A DNA stretch of 15,919 nucleotides from Myxococcota bacterium (lineage in GTDB: Bacteria > Myxococcota_A > UBA9160 > PR03). The notes beneath the pieces were generated by a model. It was given only the letters and a program-made list of their open reading frames with translations. It ran no database searches and had not been told where the DNA came from. Where the stretch lies: the NCBI GenBank assembly GCA_041611735.1, contig JBFIML010000063.1:1-15919 (forward strand), read 5' to 3'. The position numbers and the translations under genes are program-made. This document shows, piece by piece, positions 9,899 through 15,919 of this stretch. Position 1 is the first letter of the stretch. Each line of letters begins with the position of its first letter.

Positions 9899-10213
9899 CT
9901 TCTTGACCATCTCCTCGAAGGCCGCGCGCGGGCGGGCTCCGGTCACCTGCTCCACGACCTGCCCGCCGGAGAAGGCCAGGATGGTGGGGATGGCGCGCAC
10001 GCCGTAGCGGGCCGGCGTGTTGGGGTTCTCGTCCACGTTCATCTTCACGATCTTGACGCGCGCCCCGTAGGAGTTGGCCAGATCCTTCAGGATCGGGGAG
10101 ATGGCCCGGCAGGGCGCGCACCACTCCGCCCAGAAGTCCACCACCGCCGGCAGGTCCGACTGCAGGATCTCCGCTTCGAAATTCGAGTCGGTCACCTCGA
10201 GAAGCTCTGCCAT
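9887..10213 (-). CDS. trxA: thioredoxin, 108 aa
   Basis: VVDFWAEWCAPCR active site, NVDENP, YGVRAIPT cis-Pro motif. AAGGAG RBS about 10 nt upstream. Confidence 0.96.
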   Translation of the reverse strand: MAELLEVTDSNFEAEILQSDLPAVVDFWAEWCAPCRAISPILKDLANSYGARVKIVKMNVDENPNTPARYGVRAIPTILAFSGGQVVEQVTGARPRAAFEEMVKKLLA

Positions 10214-10259
10214 GCTTCGCGTTCTCCTTGCTTCGGCCCGCCGGGGTGGCCCGGCCGGC

Positions 10260-10679
10260 CTAGAGCACCGCCGCCGGCTCGGGATCCGGGCGGCCGGCGT
10301 GTCGTTGCCAGGCGGCGACGCCGCCCCGCACCACTGCCACCGACCCGGCGCCCGCCCGCACCAGCCGAGCGGCGAGCCGGCGCGCCGTGGCGTCGTCCCC
10401 GGCCACCACCACCAGCGGTCGTTGCGTCGCCACCAGCTCCTCCGGCAGCGGACCCTCCGCCGCCAGCACCCGGGCCGGCGTCACCCAGCCCGTGCTGCCC
10501 GCCGAGGCGGCGTCCTGAAGCAGCAGGCCGTCCTCGCCCGTGACGAGGCGCCGGGCCTCGGCGGCCCCCACCTCCCGGAAGGCCCGCGCCTGGCGGGCGC
10601 GCAGCCACGCCTCCGCGTCGCAGCCCGTGGCCGCGGCGGCGAGCGCAAGCGCTCCGAGCGTGCTCCAGCGCGCCGGCAT
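10260..10679 (-). CDS. rhodanese-like domain putative lipoprotein, no catalytic Cys, 139 aa
   Basis: Signal/lipobox MPARWSTLGALALAAAATG-C. Rhodanese-like EVGAAEARRLV...LLLQD, PLVVVAGD...ARRLAARLVRAG..V.VVRGGVAAW. Confidence 0.7.
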   Translation of the reverse strand: MPARWSTLGALALAAAATGCDAEAWLRARQARAFREVGAAEARRLVTGEDGLLLQDAASAGSTGWVTPARVLAAEGPLPEELVATQRPLVVVAGDDATARRLAARLVRAGAGSVAVVRGGVAAWQRHAGRPDPEPAAVL

Positions 10680-10687
10680 GGCGCGTC

Positions 10688-10696
10688 AGCATAGCA
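10688..10696 (-). promoter_or_regulatory. extended -10 element for the rhodanese-trxA transcript (likely leaderless)
   Basis: Minus strand TGC-TATGCT ends 8 nt before the ATG at 10679. No SD. Confidence 0.5.
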
Positions 10697-10711
10697 GGGG
10701 CGTCGCTCGCG

Positions 10712-10740
10712 TTGACGCGCCGGGAGCCCCCCGGTATCCT
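10712..10740 (+). promoter_or_regulatory. sigma-70 promoter for the gmhA operon
   Basis: TTGACG (10712-10717), N17, TATCCT (10735-10740). Confidence 0.72.
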
Positions 10741-10797
10741 GCCGCGGTCGCTGATCTCCCCGGATTCGCTGGACTTTTCGGATTCCTGGAGCCCACG

Positions 10798-11418
10798 ATG
10801 CCCAAGCCCGGGGCACACGCTGCCTCCGAATCGCGAGCCGCGCGCGCGCGCTGGCTGCTCGAGGAGAGCGCCCGGGTCAAGCAGGCCCTGGCCGCCCAGA
10901 CGGCGCCCGCCATCGCCCGCGCCGCGGAGCTGCTGGTCGAATGCCTGGGCCAGGGCGGCAAGGCGCTCCTGTTCGGAAACGGCGGCTCCGCCGCGGACTG
11001 CCAGCACATCGCGGCCGAGTGGACCGGGCGGCTCTCGCGGGAGCGCCAGGCCCTGCCGGCCCTGGCCCTGACGGCCAACAGCTCCGAGCTCACCTGCCTC
11101 GGCAACGACTACGGCTTCGAGCGCATCTTCGCGCGCCTGGTGGAGGCGCACGGCCGCAGCGGCGACGTGGCCATCGCCATCTCCACCTCCGGCAACTCCC
11201 CGAACGTGCTGGCCGCCGTGGACGAGGCGCGGGCCCGCGGCCTGCGCACCATCGCGCTCACCGGCCGGGGCGGTGGCAAGCTCGCCGGCCGCGTCGAGCT
11301 CGCCCTAATCGTCCCGTCCGACGACACGCAGCGCATCCAGGAATCCCACATCGCGATCGGTCACGTGCTGTGCGAGCTCGTGGACGAGGCCCTCTTCCCC
11401 GAGCCGCGACCAGCGTGA
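10798..11418 (+). CDS. gmhA: D-sedoheptulose 7-phosphate isomerase (phosphoheptose isomerase, SIS domain), about 206 aa
   Basis: GNGGSAADCQHIAAE, NDYGF, GDVAIAISTSGNSPNV, TGRGGG, RIQESHI. ATG 10798 with GGAG at 10788-10791. Confidence 0.93.
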   Translation: MPKPGAHAASESRAARARWLLEESARVKQALAAQTAPAIARAAELLVECLGQGGKALLFGNGGSAADCQHIAAEWTGRLSRERQALPALALTANSSELTCLGNDYGFERIFARLVEAHGRSGDVAIAISTSGNSPNVLAAVDEARARGLRTIALTGRGGGKLAGRVELALIVPSDDTQRIQESHIAIGHVLCELVDEALFPEPRPA

Positions 11419-12374
11419 GCCCGCGCCCGCCGCGCATCGATCGCAGCCGGGTCCGCACGGTCCCCGCACGACGGCGCCCCAGCAAGGTGCGGCGTCGCGA
11501 CGAGGCGGTCCCGCACCGGCGCGGCGCCTCGTTCGCGGAGTTCCTCACCCACCTGCCTCGCTTGCTCGGTGCCGCAGACCTGCACGCGGCCATCGAGGCC
11601 ACCGTGCGCGCCGTGCGTCGTCGGCGCACGGTGCTCTGGGGTCTCGGTGCCCACGTCATCAAGGTGGGTCTTGCCCCGGTGGTGGTGGACCTGCTGGAGC
11701 GCGGCTGCGTCTCCGGGGTGCTCATGAACGGGGCCGGCTGCGTGCACGACCTCGAGCTCGCCCTGATGGGTCGCACCAGCGAGGACGTGGCGCCGGCCCT
11801 GGACGACGGCAGCTTCGGCATGGCGCGGGAGACGGCGCAGGCCCTGAACGGGGCCATCGCCGCCGGCGCGCGCCAGGGCCTGGGCATGGGGGCGGCGGTG
11901 GGCCGGGCCATCCTGCACGGGCGTTATCCGCACAAGCGGCGCTCCATCCTGGCCACGGCGGCGCGACTCGACGTACCGGTGACCGTGCACGCCGCCATCG
12001 GAACCGACATCCACCACATGCACCCGGACGCGGACGGGGCGGCCCTGGGCGCCACGAGCTATCGCGACTTCGAGACCCTGACCGGGCTGGTCGCCACCCT
12101 GGAGGGGGGCGTGTTCCTGAACGTGGGATCGGCGGTGATCCTTCCGGAGGTCTTCCTGAAGGCGCTCGCCCTGGCCCGCAACCTGGGCTTCCGGGTGCGC
12201 CGGCTCACCACCGTGGACCTGGACTTCATCCGCCACTACCGCCCCGCGGTGAACGTGGTGGAGCGCCCGACGCGGCTCGGCGGTCGCGGCATCTCCCTGG
12301 TCGGTCACCACGAGATCCTGGTGCCGCTGCTCGCCGCGGGGGTGGTCGAGGCACTGGGGGGAAGGCGACGATGA
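11415..12374 (+). CDS. uncharacterised protein with deoxyhypusine-synthase-like fold, about 319 aa
   Basis: GTGA overlap with gmhA. Segments TVLWGLGAHVIKVGL..VVDLLERG.V...MNGAG..HD, SILATAARLDVPVTV and GVFLNVGSAV resemble DHS-family blocks, by eye. The ORF is well supported; the fold assignment is inferred. Confidence 0.7.
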   Translation: MSPRPPRIDRSRVRTVPARRRPSKVRRRDEAVPHRRGASFAEFLTHLPRLLGAADLHAAIEATVRAVRRRRTVLWGLGAHVIKVGLAPVVVDLLERGCVSGVLMNGAGCVHDLELALMGRTSEDVAPALDDGSFGMARETAQALNGAIAAGARQGLGMGAAVGRAILHGRYPHKRRSILATAARLDVPVTVHAAIGTDIHHMHPDADGAALGATSYRDFETLTGLVATLEGGVFLNVGSAVILPEVFLKALALARNLGFRVRRLTTVDLDFIRHYRPAVNVVERPTRLGGRGISLVGHHEILVPLLAAGVVEALGGRRR

Positions 12375-12895
12375 AGGGGCGCATCGTGCTGCGCGAGGGC
12401 GACCTGACCGAGCAGGAGGTCGACGCGCTGGTGAACGCCGCCAACAGCCGGCTCGAGCTCGCCGAGGGGGTAGCGCGCGCCATCCGCGAAAAGGGCGGCG
12501 AGGAGATCGCCGCCGAGTGCCGCGAGCTCGCGCCGGTGCCGGTGGGCGAGGCCGTCGTGACCGGAGCGGGTCGGCTCTCGGCGCGCTGGGTGATCCACGC
12601 CGTCACCATGGATCCGGGCGGGCAGACGACGGCCGGCGCCGTGCGCTCGGCCATGCAGCGCTGCCTGGCCCTGGCCACGGAGCGGAGCTGCCGGCGCATG
12701 GCGATCCCGGCCCTGGGCGCGGGCGCGGCGGGTCTCGGCCTGCAGCGCTGCGCCGAGATCCTGCTGGAGGAGGCGCGTCACCACCTGGCCGGCGAGACGC
12801 CCCTGGAGGAGATCCGCTTCGTCCTGTTCGGCGAGCCCGCCTACCGCGTCTTCGAATCCGTCCAGGACGCCCAGCGCATCCTGGGACGTTCTTGA
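12371..12895 (+). CDS. macro domain (ADP-ribose-binding) protein, 174 aa
   Basis: GDLT, DALVNAAN, GVARAI, VGEAVVTGAGRL.ARWVIHAV, AIPALGAG, IRFVLF. ATGA overlap with the upstream gene. Confidence 0.92.
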   Translation: MKGRIVLREGDLTEQEVDALVNAANSRLELAEGVARAIREKGGEEIAAECRELAPVPVGEAVVTGAGRLSARWVIHAVTMDPGGQTTAGAVRSAMQRCLALATERSCRRMAIPALGAGAAGLGLQRCAEILLEEARHHLAGETPLEEIRFVLFGEPAYRVFESVQDAQRILGRS

Positions 12896-12962
12896 CTTCT
12901 CGACTGCTTCTTCCGGGGCGACGCACCTCTGCCCCGATGAGGCAATGCGTCCAGAGCGTCCC

Positions 12963-12968
12963 TATACT
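12963..12968 (+). promoter_or_regulatory. -10 element for ccsA-like/hemA/hemC (likely leaderless)
   Basis: TATACT ends 8 nt before GTG 12977. No SD and no convincing -35. Confidence 0.5.
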
Positions 12969-12976
12969 TTTGCTCC

Positions 12977-13777
12977 GTGCTGGTGGAGCTTCACCTGCTG
13001 ACCGCCGCCGTCTATCTGGCGGCCACCGTGGCGGCGCTGCTCGGCCTGGCCCTGCCGGCCCCGCCGGCGGGACGCGTGGCGTCGGTGCTGCTGCTGGTCG
13101 GCGCAGTCGTGCACGCGGTGGCCTTCACGAGCCTCCACGCGGCGACGCCCCCGCCGCCCCTCACCAACCTCCCGGCAGCGGCCTCCATGATGGCCTGGAT
13201 GGCGGTGGTCTTCTGCCTGCTCCTCATGCTGCGCGGACGTCTGCTCGGCCTGGCGGCCCTGGTGGCGCCGCTGGCCTTCGTGGCGGTGGTGTTCGCGGGC
13301 GAGCGCCTGGCGCTGCAGGGCGCCCTGCCGCCCAGCGCCCCGGCGGCCGGCGCCTGGGCACACCTGCACGTGATCCTGGCCAGCGCGGGCTTCGCCCTGC
13401 TGGGGGTGGCCGGCCTGGCCGGGCTGCTGTTCCTCGCCGCCGAGGGACGCCTCAAGTCCAAGCGGCCCGCCGCGTGGGGCCGACGCCTGCCCTCCCTCGA
13501 GGTCCTGGATCGCATCAACGTGGTGGCCCTCGCGGTCGGCTTCCCGCTCCTCACCCTGGCGGTGGTGGCGGGCCTGCTGTGGTCGCGCACCCTGACGGGG
13601 CGCCTGTGGCCCGGCGGGGCCCACGTGATCGGGCTGCTGGCCGCCTGGGGCGTCTACGCCGGGCTGGCCGGCGCACGCTTCGGGGCGGGCTGGCGCGGCC
13701 GCGAGGCGGCCGCCAGCGCGCTGGTCGGCTTCGGCTTCCTGCTGGTGGCGCTGCTCGGCGCGGAGTTCGTGGCGTGA
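12977..13777 (+). CDS. cytochrome c assembly (CcsA/HemX-like) integral membrane protein, 266 aa
   Basis: About 8 hydrophobic segments, HLHVILASAGF, RLKSK...RLPSLEVLDRIN, GFPLLTLAVVAGLLW. Immediately upstream of hemA with GTGA overlap. Confidence 0.82.
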   Translation: MLVELHLLTAAVYLAATVAALLGLALPAPPAGRVASVLLLVGAVVHAVAFTSLHAATPPPPLTNLPAAASMMAWMAVVFCLLLMLRGRLLGLAALVAPLAFVAVVFAGERLALQGALPPSAPAAGAWAHLHVILASAGFALLGVAGLAGLLFLAAEGRLKSKRPAAWGRRLPSLEVLDRINVVALAVGFPLLTLAVVAGLLWSRTLTGRLWPGGAHVIGLLAAWGVYAGLAGARFGAGWRGREAAASALVGFGFLLVALLGAEFVA

Positions 13778-15102
13778 GGATCCTGCTGGTCGGCTTGAAC
13801 CACCGCACCGCGTCGCTGCCCGTGCGCGAGCGCTTCGCGGTGGCGGACCCCGCCGCCCGGCTCGAGAAGCTGGTGACGGGCGAGGAGATCGAGGAAGCGG
13901 TGCTGCTCTCCACCTGCAACCGGGTGGAGGTGGTGGCCACGACGCGCCGCCTCGAGGCCGCTCGCCACCGGCTGCGCGCCTTCTTCGCCCGCGACCTGGC
14001 CGGCGGCCGGCCCCTGCCCGACGGGCTCTCCTGGGAGGCGGCGCTCTACGAGTACGTGGACAGCCACGCGATCCGTCACGTGTTCCGGGTGGCCTCCTCC
14101 ATCGACTCGATGGTGGTGGGCGAGCCGCAGATCCTGGGCCAGCTGAAGGACGCCTACCGGGCGGCGGTGGACGCCGAGGCTTGCGGCGTGATCCTGAACC
14201 GCCTGTTCCACCGTGCCTTCGCCACCGCCAAGCGCGTGCGCAGCGAGACGGGCATCGCCGAGCGGCCGGTCTCCGTGGCCCGGGTGGCCGTGGACCTCTC
14301 GCGGCAGATCTTCGAGACGCTGCGTGGCAAGACGGCGCTGCTGGTCGGCGCCGGCGAGATGATCGAGATGGCCCTGGAGGCGCTGCGCGGGGAGGGGCTC
14401 GGCGCCGTGCGGGTGGCCAACCGCACCCCCGCCCACGCGACGGAGCTGGCGGCCCGCTTCGACGCCACCGCCCACGGACTGCACGAGCTCTCGGAGCTGC
14501 TGGCGCGCTCCGACGTGGTGCTCACCTCGATCGGCGGCGACCGGCCGCTGCTCGACGCGACGCTCTTCGAGCACGCCCTGCACGCTCGGCGCCGCCGTCC
14601 CATCTTCGTGATCGACATTGGTCTGCCGCGCAACGTGGACCCGGACGTGGACCGGCTCGACGGGGTCTACCTCTACGACCTGGACGACCTGGCCGGCGTG
14701 GCCCGCGCCAACGCCGAGGACCGGCGCCGGGAGACCGTGCGCGCCGAGGCGCTGGTGCAGGCGGAGGTGGAGCGCTTCGACGGCTGGCTCTCGGCCCTGC
14801 AGGCGGTCCCCACCATCCGCCACCTGCGCGCGCGCGCCGAGGCGATCCGCCGCGGGGAGCTCACGCGCGGGGCGAGCCGGCTCGGCCTGGACGACGAGCA
14901 GCGCCAGGGCCTCGAGGCGCTGACCCGCGCCATGGTGAACAAGCTGCTGCACGCGCCCATCACGCGGCTGCGCCGCGAGACGGAGCGCGAGGAGGGGCTC
15001 GCCTACCTGGAGGCGGCGCGCGTCCTGTTCGCGCTCGACGACCCGGACGCACCCGGAGCCCAGGCGGACGGCGAGGTCGGGCGGCCCCCGCGCGACGAAT
15101 GA
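13774..15102 (+). CDS. hemA: glutamyl-tRNA reductase, about 442 aa
   Basis: GLNHRTA, LSTCNRVE (catalytic Cys), DSMVVGEPQILGQ, AKRVRSET, GAGEM, DIGLPRNVD, NKLLHAP. Confidence 0.97.
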   Translation: MRILLVGLNHRTASLPVRERFAVADPAARLEKLVTGEEIEEAVLLSTCNRVEVVATTRRLEAARHRLRAFFARDLAGGRPLPDGLSWEAALYEYVDSHAIRHVFRVASSIDSMVVGEPQILGQLKDAYRAAVDAEACGVILNRLFHRAFATAKRVRSETGIAERPVSVARVAVDLSRQIFETLRGKTALLVGAGEMIEMALEALRGEGLGAVRVANRTPAHATELAARFDATAHGLHELSELLARSDVVLTSIGGDRPLLDATLFEHALHARRRRPIFVIDIGLPRNVDPDVDRLDGVYLYDLDDLAGVARANAEDRRRETVRAEALVQAEVERFDGWLSALQAVPTIRHLRARAEAIRRGELTRGASRLGLDDEQRQGLEALTRAMVNKLLHAPITRLRRETEREEGLAYLEAARVLFALDDPDAPGAQADGEVGRPPRDE

Positions 15103-15919
15103 GTCGGGTCCGCATCGCCACCCGCGGCAGCCGGCTGGCCCTGGCGCAGTCGGCCTGGGTGGCCCGGCGCCTGGAGGCGCTGCTCGGCGTCGCCAGCGAG
15201 CTCGTGCCCATCAAGACCAGCGGCGACCGCCTGGCCCAGGGGCCGCTGGCGCCGGTCGGCGGCAAGGGGCTCTTCGTGAAGGAGATCGAGGAGGCGCTGC
15301 TGGAGGGGCGGGCCGATCTGGCGGTGCACAGCACCAAGGACCTGCCGGCACGGCTTCCGGCCGGGCTCGTGCTGGCCGCCTTTCCGGAGCGGGCCGACCC
15401 GCGCGACGCCCTGGTGACCCGCCGCCCCGGCCAGACCCTGGCGACGCTCCCGCCGGGCAGCCGGGTGGGCACGGGCAGCGTGCGGCGCACCGCCCAGCTG
15501 CGGGCCTGGCGGCCGGACCTGCGGGTGGAGCCCCTGCGCGGCAACGTGCCCACGCGCCTGGCGCGCCTGGACGAGGGCCGCTTCGACGCCCTGGTGCTGG
15601 CGTGCGCCGGTCTCGACCGGCTCGGCCTGGCGGATCGCATCCAGGAGCGCATCGATCCCGGACGCCTCCTGCCGGCGGTGGGGCAGGGAGCGCTCGCCCT
15701 GGAGACGCGCGCCGACGCCCCCCTGGCCCGGGAGCTCGCTCCCCTGGCGGATCCCGCCACCGAGGCGGCGGTGCGGGCGGAGCGGGCCTTCCTGGTGCGC
15801 CTGGAGGGAGACTGCGACGTGCCCCTGGCGGCCCTGGCCGAGCCGCGCGGCGCGGGTCGCGTGCGGGTGCGCGGCCTGGTGGCGAGTCTGGACGGCGCCC
15901 GGATCGCCCGCGCCGACCG
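15099..15919 (+). CDS. hemC: hydroxymethylbilane synthase (porphobilinogen deaminase), 3' end cut by the window edge
   Basis: Translated by hand; absent from the ORF track because there is no stop in the window. RIATRGSRLALAQ, KTSGD, GGKGLFVKEIEEALL, AVHSTKD, RGNVPTRL, PAVGQGAL, EGDCDVP (cofactor Cys). ATGA overlap with hemA. Confidence 0.96.
   Translation, partial: MSRVRIATRGSRLALAQSAWVARRLEALLGVASELVPIKTSGDRLAQGPLAPVGGKGLFVKEIEEALLEGRADLAVHSTKDLPARLPAGLVLAAFPERADPRDALVTRRPGQTLATLPPGSRVGTGSVRRTAQLRAWRPDLRVEPLRGNVPTRLARLDEGRFDALVLACAGLDRLGLADRIQERIDPGRLLPAVGQGALALETRADAPLARELAPLADPATEAAVRAERAFLVRLEGDCDVPLAALAEPRGAGRVRVRGLVASLDGARIARAD

Noticed and set aside
9887..10213. Thioredoxin WCAPC instead of WCGPC
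   Set aside because: A common, functional natural variant.
12517..13773. Apparent 861-aa HemA with a long N-terminal extension, and similar extensions on mreD, mrdA, gmhA and the DHS-like gene
   Set aside because: The extensions overlap other real genes in different frames. True starts are marked by GTGA/ATGA coupling or an SD, so these are not fusions.

Overview
Very GC-rich bacterial window, densely coding and mostly housekeeping. Gene order suggests a Myxococcota/'deltaproteobacterial' lineage (inference). Order: (+) RpoD-like sigma-70 factor with a near-consensus promoter and a long, structured 5' leader; (-) SurA_N/PpiD-type parvulin PPIase; (+) mreB-mreC-mreD-mrdA(PBP2)-rodA followed by a HAD-IB phosphatase; (-) trxA and an upstream rhodanese-fold lipoprotein lacking the catalytic Cys; (+) translationally coupled gmhA, deoxyhypusine-synthase-like hypothetical and macrodomain genes; (+) ccsA/HemX-like membrane protein, hemA, hemC (runs off the window end). 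I found no mobile elements, tRNA/rRNA or CRISPR arrays. Best candidates for undescribed biology are the gmhA/DHS-like/variant-macrodomain operon and the structured RNA leader of the sigma factor. Both are hypotheses. All motif and structure calls were made by eye; no searches or folding were run.
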